A stretch of DNA of 64,000 nucleotides from contig VJWM01000044.1 of assembly GCA_010909165.1 (NCBI GenBank), forward strand, positions 1,054,001-1,118,000, given 5' to 3'. This stretch comes from Anthoceros angustus (taxonomy: Eukaryota > Plantae > Anthocerotophyta). Below the pieces are notes generated by a model, which saw only the letters and a program-made list of their open reading frames with translations, was not told the origin of the DNA and searched no databases. Below are positions 46,901 through 59,135 of this stretch, piece by piece; positions within the stretch are counted from its first letter, which is position 1, and each line of letters starts with the position of its first letter. A program made the position numbers and the translations under genes.

Positions 46901-49900
46901 ACCCAACTTATTTCCTAACCCCCAAGGGAAGTCCGTAGCCCACATACTCCCCTTCTCATCTGTTGGCGTCTCCGCCAACACTAGGCATGATACTTTTTCA
47001 CCCGCCACCCGTTCACCCGAGTGGGCAGCAATTCACCATCCAACTGCCGAAGCTGAACGGACCCATTGGCGTATACCTGTACCACCTGGTAAGGTCCCAT
47101 CCATCGCAAGTGGAGTTTACCCGGGAAGTGCATATGGCGGTCATAAAGAAGGGCCAAATCTCCTTCCTTCACATACTCTTGAGTCCGAGCCTCGGCCATG
47201 CCACAACTTGCGCTGACTGCCGCTGCCGCGCCTTCTTCCCGACCTCCACTCGGGGCCGTCCACGTGGCGCGCTCGGTCACTCACGACTCAACTTCTAAAT
47301 TACTTTCCTGGCGTACTTATCTGTTTTGACCGGGTGGGGTCCGGACTTATCCCGTTACCGGTGCTTGTCGTAGTCAGGGGTCCGTTACCTACTCCGGAGT
47401 CCGGAGTATACTCCGGAGCCAGTCCGGAGCACCATCCGTGCTTATTCCTCCTTTCCGCCTTATTTTACTATTCGGACCTACGAAAAAACAAAACCCCACT
47501 TATTTCCTAACCCCCAAGGGAAGTCCGTAGCCCACATACTCCCCTTCTCATCTGTTGGCGTCTCCCCCAACACTAGGCATGATACTTTTTCACCCGCCAC
47601 CCGTTCACACGAGTGGGCAACAGTTCACCATCCAACTGCCGAAGTTGAACGGACCCATTGGCGTATACCTGTACCACCTGGTAAGGTCCCATCCATCGCA
47701 AGTGGAGTTTACCTGGGAAGTGCATATGGCGGCTGTCATAAAGAAGGGCCAAATCTCCTTCCTTCACATACTCTTGAGTCGCCTTACATCATGCCACAAC
47801 TTGATTACATGCAGTTGCATTCTCTGCTGCGCCTCTTCTTGACCCTCCGTATGCTGAACAAACCCTAGCAAGCGCTCCAGTTGGCTTTCCTCATCCGTTA
47901 AGCATCTCTCCATCATGACACGGAGTGTTGGCACCTCAAACTCTACGGCATAACGGGTGAGTGCCCATAGGCTAGGTAATACGAGTTCTGTAGTTACCTT
48001 CTCCGCTCAAGGCCCATAGCGCCGATGGTAGCTTTGTATCCTACCAGGCGCATAATTGACCGTGAAGCTTATTCAGATGCGCGATAAGTCCGCTGGTCTT
48101 CTCACAATCCGCTGGCCTTCGGGTTGTAGGGGCCGCTTACATGTGTGATGCCAAATAGTCCGTCATTGCGCTATCACATCATTGAGGAAATGAGTTCCCC
48201 TATCGCTACTGTACCGCAACGGACACGCATTTTGTGATGATGTTTTCAGAGGAATTTGGCCACCGTGCTTGCAGAGTCCGGCCCTAGTTGCGACCGCCAC
48301 CCACCGGTGAGTCCGCTGCCACCAAGATGTACCGCTTTGTGTGTGCCTCGTGGTCAGATAGGTCCGACGGTCGATGCCCCACTTCTCAAAAGGCGCTAGT
48401 GCGATGGGCACCAACGGCCATTGTGTTGTGGAGTTTGGCCCGATCCGCCGACAAGCATCACATCTCTTCACAAATTGGTGCGTTTCCCATACATGGTGGG
48501 CCACCAAGACTCACCTCCAAGATTTTCTTGGTGGTGACTACCGCATAATGTCCACCGCCCAGCCCTTCGTGCATCCCTTTATTACCACCTGCCTCACTGC
48601 TGGAGGTACCTCCGCTCCACGCCTGCCCCATCTTAAAGATGCACTGTTATACAACCTAAAAGGACGGGCGTAGTGCACAAAGGCCTATCGCTGGACCCGG
48701 TTCAATCCGTTTGGTAGTTCCATTTCCCATAGGTACCGCCCACTCCCATAGGTGGCCCGCCTCCCTTCTCCGCTCACGGTGGGTCTGCTGCTCCAAGCTT
48801 AGGGTTTGTCCCCGCACTCCGCTTCTTCCTCTATCGCCGCCACCAGTTCTTCGTCCGGAAGGCATCCTCCGATCTTGCAGACAGTCCCGCTTTTAACCCG
48901 ACAAGAAGTTAGCGCTTTTGGTGTTGCCGCCTTGCGGTCTCTACCTCAAAGGTGAACCTCGTGAGTAACAGTAATCCACCTCGCACCGCCTCGACAGACC
49001 GCTTTGTTCACCAAATGCTTGAGCCAAGTGATCGACATAAAACACAAACTCATTGGGCGTAAGGTAATGCAATTTCTTAATCACAGATACCATCCCCAAT
49101 GCCTCGCGCCCGTAGTAGTGTACCTCCGCTCGCATGCGTGAGCCGCCTTCCGCGTAGTAGATTGATGGTCCCTCCGCTTGTCGCCCTTTTGGCCGAGCAC
49201 CACCCAATGGCAAAGGTGGCACATCCACATACACATGGAATCGCTTTCCCGGACCTTTCAATACTGGGGCACCGACTGTGGTTTGTAGGTCTCAATGCCG
49301 CCTCCGTGTGTCCAAGACCACTCCTCCTTCCTGAGTAACTCCGTTAGCTTGGCGGCCCGCTTTGCGAAATCCTGGATGAAGCGCCTGTAGTAACCCACCA
49401 TGCCTGTGAACTCGAACTCCTTCAAGCTCTTAGAGGTGGTCAGATGAATGACCTTCACCTTGTCCCGATCCACAAGCATCACATCTCTTCACAAATTGGT
49501 GCGTTTCCCCATACATGGTGGGCCACCAGTACCCAGCCTCCAAGATTTTCTTGGTGGTGACCTGTGCTGCATAATGTCCACCGCCCAGTCCTTCGTGCAT
49601 CCCCTTTATTACCACCTCCGTCTCCGCCTGTTGGAGGTACCTCCGTTCCACGCCGTCTGGGCCCATCTTAAAGATGCAGCCGTTATACAACCTAAAAGGA
49701 CGGGCGTAGTGCACAAAGGCCTGTCGCTGGACCCGGTTCAATCCGTTCGGTAGTTCCATTTCCCATAGGTACCGCTCCAATTCCGCATAGGTGGGCCGCC
49801 CTCTGCGTCCGCTCCCCTTCTCCGCTTCTGCTGTGGGTTCGCCGTTCCCAAGCTTAGGGTTTGTCCGGCTGCACTCCTCTGCTTCTTCCTCTATCGCTGC

Positions 49901-50910
49901 CACCAGTTCTTCGTCCGGGAAGGCGTCCTCCTGATCTTGCAGGACAGGCTCCGTTTTAACTGGACAAGAAGTCAGCGTTTTGGTGTTGCCGCCCTTGCCT
50001 GGTCTCTACCTCAAAGGTGAACTCCTGTAGCAACAGAATCCACCTCGCAATTCGCCCGGACAGATCTGCCTTGTTCACCAAATGCTTGAGCGCGAAGTGA
50101 TCGACATAAAACACAAACTCATTGGGCAGAAGGTAATGCCTGAATTTCTTAATCACAGATACCATCCCCAATGCCTCGCGCCCGTAGTAGTGTACCTCCG
50201 CTCGCATGCGTGAGCCGCCTTCCGCGTAGTAGATTGATGGTCCCTCCGCTTGTCGCCCTTTTGGCCGAGCACCACCCAATGGCAAAGGTGGCACATCCAC
50301 ATACACATGGAATCGCTTCACTCCCGACCTTTCAACACTGGGGCACCGACTGTGGTTTGTAGGTCTCAATGCCGCCTCCGTGTGTCCAAGACCACTCCTC
50401 CTTCCTGAGTAACTCCGTTAGCTTGGCGGCCCGCTTTGCGAAATCCTGGATGAAGCGCCTGTAGTAACCCACCATGCCTGTGAACTCGAACTCCTTCAAG
50501 CTCTTAGAGGTGGTCAGATGAATGACCTTCACCTTGTCCTGATCCACCTCTATCCTCTCGCCGACACGCGTGTCCCAAGAAGATCCCTCCGCCATACCTC
50601 AAGTAGCATTCTGGGATGTAGGCACAGTTGAGTCTCCTTACAACGCTCCGAGCACTTCCGCAGATGTCCAACGTGCTTGTCCTCCTCCCCGTGCACACAA
50701 AAGTCGTCCAAGAACACCTCCATAAAGTCCTCGTAAAATCCCAAGACGCTGGTCACCATCCTATAAAATGATCCGGGTGCCTTGCCATCCCCAAGGCGCT
50801 TGCTTGTGGCGAACGTCCCCACTCCGTGGTGAGCGTTGTCTTGTCCACCGACTCCCTTAGGTGCGCTTGGTTGTAACCGGAGTAGCCATCCAAGAAGGAG
50901 TAGGTACCCG
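43964..50910 (-). mobile_element. Ty3/gypsy (Athila-like, non-chromovirus) 3' part: RT C-half, RNase H, integrase and long 3' region; internally duplicated and truncated
   Basis: YSFLDGYSGYNQ, VFLDDF (50703-50714), REALGMVSVIKKFRHYLL...SGRIARWILLLQEF, YWWPTMYGETHQFVKRCDAC, PFEKWGID, SDRGTHFLND and GKLHLRWMGPYQV...VNGWRVKKYH (twice). Confidence 0.92.
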
Positions 50911-50934
50911 TTGTCAGGATCATTGGACTTCAAG

Positions 50935-53900
50935 GTTAAATTAGTAGGGTTTTGTTTTTGTAGGAGTAAAGGATAAAATGAGGCGAATGAGGAAATAAGC
51001 ATGGGTAGCACTCGGACGGCGCCTGAGTATTCTCCGGACCGGAGTGAGGAACAGGACCTACTATGGTAGGTGCCACGTAATGGATAAGTCCGACCCACCA
51101 AGACCCAGGATAAGCCTGCATAACTGGGAGTTGAGCCGCGGAGCGACCGCGCCGCCACGGGCAACTCGAGTGGAGAACGGCATGCACCGGGCCAGATCAG
51201 AATCCCTGCCGAGGCGTTATAGCGGTATTCACGCCGCGCGGGCGTAAGACCGTAGTACGCGGCGTAAGGCCGAGTAAGCGGAGGCGTAAGGTCGTAATAA
51301 GCCATGCACTGCGCTACATTGTGTGGAAGAGGCGCCCGCCTGGCATTACTCCCAAGGAGCGGCCAAGGGGAAGGTCATTCTCACGCAGCCTCGAGACACC
51401 GCGATCTCTTGCGCCCGCAACCGCTCGGGCGGTATCTCGTGGACACTGACGCTCACGGCTCACCGCTGAGGTCGGAGCAACAACGCGCAAGAAGGCGAAC
51501 GTGCTGCCAGCCTCCAAGCTGCCATGCAAAACCAAGGGAGGAGAAGGCGATGGCACCCAAAAGCTCATGGAAGTTTGGGAGCCATGGAACCTTGTGGAGC
51601 GCAACATTGTGACCGCGCTATCCGGACTTTGGGCCCCGGCCCAGGAAGGTGAGAATTGGTGCAGGAGTGGCATTTGGATGTGTTCCATGGTCCGACATTT
51701 GACACACCGTCCGGAGTTCGCCCGAAGATGCGGGCAATAAGGAGGTGCGGTCCAAGAACCTCCGGAGGACCCAAGGCGATGGACCTTGAGGTCCCGAGGC
51801 GCCTACAACCGCCCAAAGGAGGAAGAGGGGGAGGAGCCCTCAAGGCGAAGGGAAGATAGGCCGGAAGAATGCCGAGGCTCGACGCAACGGACCACCAACG
51901 GTTGGTCGACATCCGACCGCTGGACCGAGTAAGGGCGGTGGCCCGGATCATTGTCCATCGAACCTACCAAGGTGGATCACCTTGGTGATAATGCTGGTAT
52001 TCCCGCACGCTACCGCAATGGGAAGAGGGCGACTGGGAAGGATTATTTTCGCCTCGCTTAGCTGTGAGGCTCGCAAGCTCAGACCGAGAAGCCTCGCCAT
52101 CTGGCCGCCCCCATACCGATCCATGTATGGGGCATTTCGAGCTCCTCAAGGAAGGAGAGCTTGAGCGAGCGCCCGAAAGGACTGAGGCCCCGCCAAGTGG
52201 AGCGGCAAGGGCGCCGAGGGAGGAGGCCGATCGCGAAAGCCAAACGGACTCGGAGGAGGACGATCGAGGATTCCGACTCCATACGCCCTGAACGGACCCC
52301 TCACCACCTGTGGAAGTATGGAAGAAATTCCCGCCTCCTCCTCCGTGCCCCAACCAGAGCCAAACAGAAGGCCCGACCTCAGCCCCCGCCACCCACCACT
52401 CCTACCGAGGAGCCTCACGACTGGAGGGAGCCAAGAGACGCAAGACCACGGCTACCAACGCTGCACCCCTGGCCGGTGCCAAGATTCTCCCCGCCTGAGT
52501 GGCAAGAGGCGGAAGCAAGAAGGAGGGCGTAAAGGACGCGCCTGTGGAGCGGAGGACACGGCAATGCCCACACTCGAGCCGGTCCTGCCGACAGGGGCAA
52601 AAGGCTTGCTCCCTGACCCTCACCTCCTCCGAGCCCTGTGGAGGAAAAGGGCTGAGAAGGAGCTCGCGCCAAAAGGGCCAAGGAGGGGAAGCCCGAGCCA
52701 AGACTCGTGACCTAAGGGTCCCGATTAGGTCCGAGAACCCACCGACTTACTGACAATGTATGGAGGTCCTCTGATCAGGATGCCGGCCCCGCCACGGACT
52801 TTGTGGGAGCCTCACTCAGCCGCCGTGGAAGAAACACGGCGTCCTGCCATGGATCAGATGCCTGGGGTCTCGGATGGCCGAGAAGACCTGTGGAGGTAGA
52901 AGCCACCCGAGGCGCATGGTACTCCTCCGTGAGCTTGAGGAGCCCAGAGGCGAGAAGGAAGGCCAAGCTCGGCCGGATTGAGGAGGGAAACGCCGGAGGC
53001 GAGAGGGAGGTCCGTCCATCCGCAAGGACCGACTAAATTCCTTCACCGGAGGAACACAAGGCACCAAGGAGGCCCAAGCGCGGCGAGGACCTCCGCAGTG
53101 AGGGGCGAGCGCAGAAGCAGAGCGGAGCAAGCGTAGCCGGGCGCGGATCCGCGAGGCACTGACCGACCAGAGCCAAGCCGAGAGGCTCAGTGAAGGTGGC
53201 CAAGGAGGCGAGGCCAAGGCCGATCGCGATCACTATCGGCGTGATCGGAACCGTGGAGGGAGGCGGCCGAGAGAGCCACGCCAATCAAGGCCGAGCAAGT
53301 GGTCATGGAGCACGACAAGCCGCAACACTGAGGCCAAGACCGGAAATCGGGACCCTGTGGCGCACAAGAGGTAGAAGGGAGGCGCAGGAGTTGGAGGACA
53401 AGAAGGACACCTTGGAGTTACAACCCAAGACGCGGAGCAAAGCAAGGAATTCTCAATGGGAGAATCCAGACTTCGAGAGATAGAGCGCCCACCGCCTCAA
53501 GATGGAGCAGGAGGTGGCGAGCAAGCGCGACCAACCAGCCCAAGAAGTCGCCACAAGGAGGTGGAGGATCTCCTGACTCGGCCCCGGAGGTGGAGCAGGT
53601 GAGAGATGGAGGACCGCAAGGAGACTTTGAGCCGCAGCCCAAACTATCATTGAGAGGAATGGTAGTCTCAGGACATGGTCGCGAACGCGACCGGAAATAG
53701 AGCGCCCCCTGGCGACGGAGGGCAACGATGGAACAGGAGCAGGACGCCGAGATGGAAAAGGGCTGGTGAAGCCCGCAGCCGTTGCCCACCGTCTGAGCGG
53801 AGATGGCGGAGTTAATGCGTAATGGACAAGGAGGCGAGGGCGCCGGAAGGCATAAGAAGCCGTCCACCGAGGAAGTCGGAAGGGCAGCTGCGTTATGGCG

Positions 53901-55803
53901 GGCAAGTCGGAACCAACGGGAGGGAGTTGGAGCAAGTGAGCAACAATGACGATCATGGAGGTGACCGAGGCAGCCTGGCAGCAAGGCCCAAATTTATCCA
54001 ACTCGGGAGGTGGAGCAACAAGCGGGCAACAGCTCACCTGAGCATGGCTAAGGGAGTATCGGTGCTCGGGCACACGTGGAAGAGGCAATCCAGCAAGTGG
54101 ATTCGGACTTTGCCTATTACCACACCGAGCTCCCTGGCTGAGGCCTCCGCCGCCACAGAGCCCCTGGAAGGCCCTGAGGGGAAGAAGGGCAGACAAAGAC
54201 AGGACCCTAGGGGCCCCTGCTTGGAGACGGCACAAGGAGGGAGCCCAAGAGGAGCGGACGCAGGACCCCAAGGTAAGTTCACCACCACCCGATCCGCAGG
54301 GGTGAGGGGCCCGCAGGGTGCAACCGGGGAGCCAACCCAACCAAGACAAGGGTCTGGGTAAGGAGGAGGACCTAGCAAGACGAGGTCCACAGTGAAGGGG
54401 TCCGAGTTGGAGATCGGACCTGAAGTGGCACGGACCGAGGTCCGAACCCCGAGACGAGGCCGACCCACCGGCTGACCGGAAATAAACCGACCTTGGAGTT
54501 CAGTTCGAGTCGAGACCGACCGAGGTCCGACTCGGCAAGAAGGAGGAGTCCCTCTCGACTTACGCTAGGGGAGCGATACCGGGCCCCACCGGAGGGGACC
54601 CACGGAAGGCTGTGAGGAGCGGACGGACCCCAAGGTAAGTTCACCACCACCCGATCCAAGGGGGGTGAGGGGCCCGCAGGGTGCAACCGGGGAGCCAACC
54701 CGACCAAGACAAGGGTCGGGTAAGGAGGAGGACCTAGCAAGACGAGGTCCACGGAAGGGGTCCGAGTTTGAGATCGGACCTAAGGGTCCCGATTAGGTCC
54801 GAACCCCGAGACGAGGCCGACCCGGACTGGAAATAAACCGACCTTGGAGTTCAGCCCGGAGTCGAGACCGACCTCGAGGTCCGGACCAAGAAGAAGGAGG
54901 AGTCCCTCTCGACTTACGCTTAGGGGAGCCGAGACAGGGCCCCACCGAGGGGACCCACGGAAGGCTGGGAGGATGACGGTAACGGCCGCCGCACCGCCGC
55001 AGAGCCAACCCGGCTGTGATTCCGGGAAAGGAGGGGTCTACCGGATCATCCGATTGGGTGCGCCGCAATTGTCGTGATGGAGATTGACCACCAATCCCAA
55101 GGCGGAACCGACCTTCCCACCCCACCCCGGCGAAGGAGATAGGAGGAGGGAAATAGGATGGTAGGCGGCGATTAGGCATACCGAGCCGCCCGTAATAGGT
55201 GTAATAAAGACGCCGACCTAGGCGTAGTATAAGAGGGCCGGGCCCTCAATAAATCATCTTTCCTTGGTGTTGATGCTGCTCTGCGCACTGTGTGTCTTCC
55301 CCGATAACGTGAGTCCCGAGTCACCGAAAGGTGCACGATGACCGAGGGATCGATCGTGGTCCCGTGACGACCTAACGTGTTGTGTGTGTGGAGTGGTGAT
55401 CGGGGACCCGTGCTCGTCGAGCCGCGACCCAACGGACCGAACGGGTGAGCCGGAGGGACTGGAGGGCGGGGCGCCCGGACGAGAGGCCCGTGGAACGACG
55501 AGGAGGTCCGGACTGTAACCCGCTGCCTTCCTTAAGACCGATAAGTGTAGTGTGAGAGAGGAGTGGACGAGAGGTGAGAGAAGAACGAACGAACGGACGC
55601 GAACGGTCCTTAAACGCTTGGCCATACCGAGGTAGCAGTAGTAGCTAGACGTGAACTAAGGGTGTGTGCGTTAGGACCGAGTGACGAAGTAAGACGAAAC
55701 CACCGAACGCCGCAAACGGAGCCCTGCGCTATCTTGGGAACGAACTCCTTCCTACAACGACACGGATTGTGGCGCGCCTGGCCGCCAAGAAAGTCGCGCC
55801 ACA
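50935..55803 (+). mobile_element. Inverted copy of the same family's post-integrase region plus LTR, inserted within RT
   Basis: Reverse-complement similarity to 43964-46900 and to 60350-63470. Ends in ...GTCGCGCCACA at 55803, matching the LTR ends next to the PBS copies. Confidence 0.75.
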
Positions 55804-55809
55804 CTCCGG

Positions 55810-58800
55810 CCCCGCCACCTTGTCCAAGATGTCGTCACGGCGGCATGGGAAAATGGTCCTTCGCCATTGGCGGCGTGAGCTTCCTCCAATCTGACACGGA
55901 TTGTAGGCGGCGCTAGCGCCGCCAAGAAAGTCGCGCCACATTCGGCCCGCCACCTTGTCCAAGATGTCGCCCACGGGCGGGCATGGGAAAATGGTCCTTC
56001 TCAGTGGCGGCGTTGAGCTTCCTCCAGTCCTGACAGACACGGATCTGCCCTTGCTGTTTCTTTGGCACTACAACAATGGGTGCTACCCATTCGCTGTTCA
56101 CGATTGGGAAGATGATGTCCGCCTCCAGATATTTATCCAGGACCTCCTTAACCTTGAGCGAGTGCTTGGGATTCAGTTTATACTGCCGAATCCGAACAGG
56201 CACCGCCCCTGGCTTCAGATCTATCCGGTGTTCGCCCCACTGTTTCGGAATGCCCTTCATGTCCGTGACCTTGAAAGCAAACACCTCACTAAATTCCCCT
56301 AACAGCTGAGTGAGGCCGTGCTTCAACTCCGCCGACATGCCCTTGCGGAACTTCAGGAATTTGCCCAGGCGGACCTCCACGTCTTCTACATCATCAGGAT
56401 TGACCGTTTCTCTTTCCCTCGCCGCTTCGCTACGCCCAAAGCCATCGTCCTCCATCCGGGGTTCATCCTCACGCATTCCCCATTCCCGGAAGAGCTCGTC
56501 TGAGGTGAACCGGATTACTTCCTCGGGGTCCTCCTCGTCCGGTGGATTCCTTGTTTTTCCTTCCTCCTCCGAGTCCGGCGCAGCCTCCACTCGGAAACAA
56601 CTGATTACCTCCGCTCCGAAAGTGTCCCTCCGGTAGTCCATCTCTTCTTCGGACCACGAGATTTTTGGAAAGGGTAGTCCTCATTCGTATCTTCGCGCTC
56701 ATCGTCCCCACTATCTTCTGTGAGGTGTACCCTCCGTGGTGCTTACGGCCCCACCACGTGTGTCCTTGCTCCAGGTAATCGCTACCCGTCCTTCCCTTAC
56801 CTTCGGATCCCAGTCTACTGGCTTGAAGTGTATCTCCTTCCTTCCGAAGTGTAGTTTTGTCTGAGCGAGTCCCACCTGTGGTCGCCCAACAAGACCTCAG
56901 ACTGCAGGTCCCAGGTCCGATGACCACGAAGTCCAATGTATAGGGTGCTCCCGCTATGGTGGCTTGGACTCCGGACAGCTCCCCCGCTGGCGCGCGCCGT
57001 GACATGTCCGCCATCCTGAGGGTTTTGGTGGATGGCTCAAAGGCGGTGAACCCCAACCGTCTTGCAGTGGCCTCCGTGATGAGGTTCACTCCTGACCCGG
57101 TGTGGGCACGCTTAATCACACCCGCAATTTCTACTCAACCACCGCCCGGTCCGATGAGATACTACTCTTACCTCCACGTTCTTGACCTTCCGGCCCAAGG
57201 AGTTTCGGCGTGGTTGTGTCTCCCTGATGGCCCTCCGGACTTCCTGCCGATACTTCGGGTTGTCTTTTAACAACTGCCTAAGTGACACCAAGTGTTGTTG
57301 ATCCATCATCAAGTCGGCCACCTTGAAAGGCGTGGGTGGCTCCTTCACTGCATCGCGTGTTCGCCTTGACTCTTCCAGCGATCCGCCACCGCCCTGTGGT
57401 GGTCGGACCACCTCCGGGTCCTGTCGGATCTCTTCCTGAAGCATCTCCGCCACTTCCCGAACCACATCCGGTGGGAACTGGGGTGTTGCCTTGGGTGAGT
57501 CCGTTTCTCCTAACGTTTCCGGGCTTGGTTGGCTTCCTCCGCGTAGCCGATTTAACTCGCCTTCCTTAGCCGGAGCCTCGCAGTGTCCTGCCCTCCGTAT
57601 CCGTTGGACTATCCCCATTTTTCTTCCTCTTCAATTGTCTCCTCTCCTTTCGCTTTCTACGGGGCTTGACACTTCCAGACTCAGTGTCCGCCTCCTCCTT
57701 AGCCGAACTCGCCTGCACCACTGCTCCAAGTTCCTTCGGCGCCTCTTCCCACTCCGCCACCGTGCCTTCAATCAGTAGCGCGCCTTAGGGAGGGAGGCGA
57801 GGGCGCTCTGCTCCCGCCGGGGTGGCATAGCGCACTGCCCGAACGAGGATTCTCTATTGCTGTACCGCCATGTGCCCCGCCATAATCTCCACACAGGCGC
57901 TCAAAGTCCCCGTTGCCTTGCCGAGTGGGGTATGGGCACGCGTTGGAGTAGTGCCCGGGGTTCCCGCAGTTCCAGCAGACTACCGCCATCCTGAGAATTC
58001 CTGGAGGGGCTCCCATGCGATGCTGCATCGGAGGTCGATGCACGGATGGCCCATCGGGTACATCGTCTTGGGATACCGCGGCCCCGGTGGTGCTTCTTGC
58101 ACTTGGTATGCGTCCTCCCACTGCTCCTCGGACTCTTCCCCGTAGTCGTACTCCACCTGGTTCACGGGTCTGGAGGGGCAGTTAGCCTTCGAATGCCCAT
58201 GTTGGTGGCACACCGCACACCACAGATGGGTCCGGACCGTGGTGGCCGCCTTCCGCCGTTCTTTATCCTTCACTTGGTTGATTGTCAATTCCTCCACCCT
58301 CTTCATTACCCGTTCCAGATCTTCCCTCAACCCCGCTACTTCTTTCAAGGGAGTTGGGTCAGGCGGAACCTCTCGCATCGGTGCAGGCATCATATATAAC
58401 CTCCTTCTTCTCCACCCTCCGCTTGACTACGGGCTTTTTCTTCTTATTTCTTCGGCGAGGTTCTTCTTCCTCATCCTCGGATTCTTCTTCAGAGTCCTCT
58501 TCCTCCGATGCCACCTCGGTCTCATCATCCTCCTCTCCGAGGGTTCTTCATCTCTGAGTCCCACCGCTTCTTCTTTTCTTCTTCCTCCGGGCGTCCTCGT
58601 CGTTGGTGCATCGATTCTTCAGAGTTCTCCGCCGGACCGCCTTGCTCACATCCTTCTTCGCCAACAAAGAAGACGTGCTTAGCCATTGGCTTGGGTAAGC
58701 CAGCTGCGAACCAACGTATCGCCTGCATGGTGGTGTGGGTGGGGTGTCGATCTCGAAGAGCGTAGAACCGTTCAATGTACGATCCCAACTTCTCCGCCTT

Positions 58801-59135
58801 GCCTCGCCTGTGTTCTCGAGTTTGACAAGACGAGCCGCCCTTGATCGATCCCACTCAATCTTTCCAAGAAGGCATCCTTCAATGCTTCGAAGGTCGTAGG
58901 GGAGGCGTTACAGGCGGCCGGTACTTTCTCATGCCAGCTGGCATTTCGGGACCCCTTGGAACAGCTGGATAAGCTGCGCATCCGAACCTTCTCCGTTGAA
59001 GTTCGCCTCACACAAGTCCTCACGGTTCTCAGGCTCTCCTTCTTACCTCCAAAGAGGAGTACTCATCCTCCCGATCCACACTTACCTTCCTACTTGGCTA
59101 CGGAGCGATCTCATTCCCAAGAACGGCGCCAAAAT
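55810..59135 (-). mobile_element. Ty3/gypsy 5' part: PBS, gag with CCHC knuckles, protease, RT N-half
   Basis: PBS TGGCGCCGTT at 59122-59131. CAVCHQHGHSKANC and CWNCGNPGHYSNAC zinc knuckles. Degenerate xTGSGVNLI protease. WVAPIVVVPKKQQGQIRVCQDWRKLNAATEKDHFPMP. Confidence 0.92.

Noticed and set aside
53800-54000. Exact LTR 5' boundary and PPT of the gypsy element
   Set aside because: No clear polypurine tract followed by TG could be found, so LTR length is not reported.
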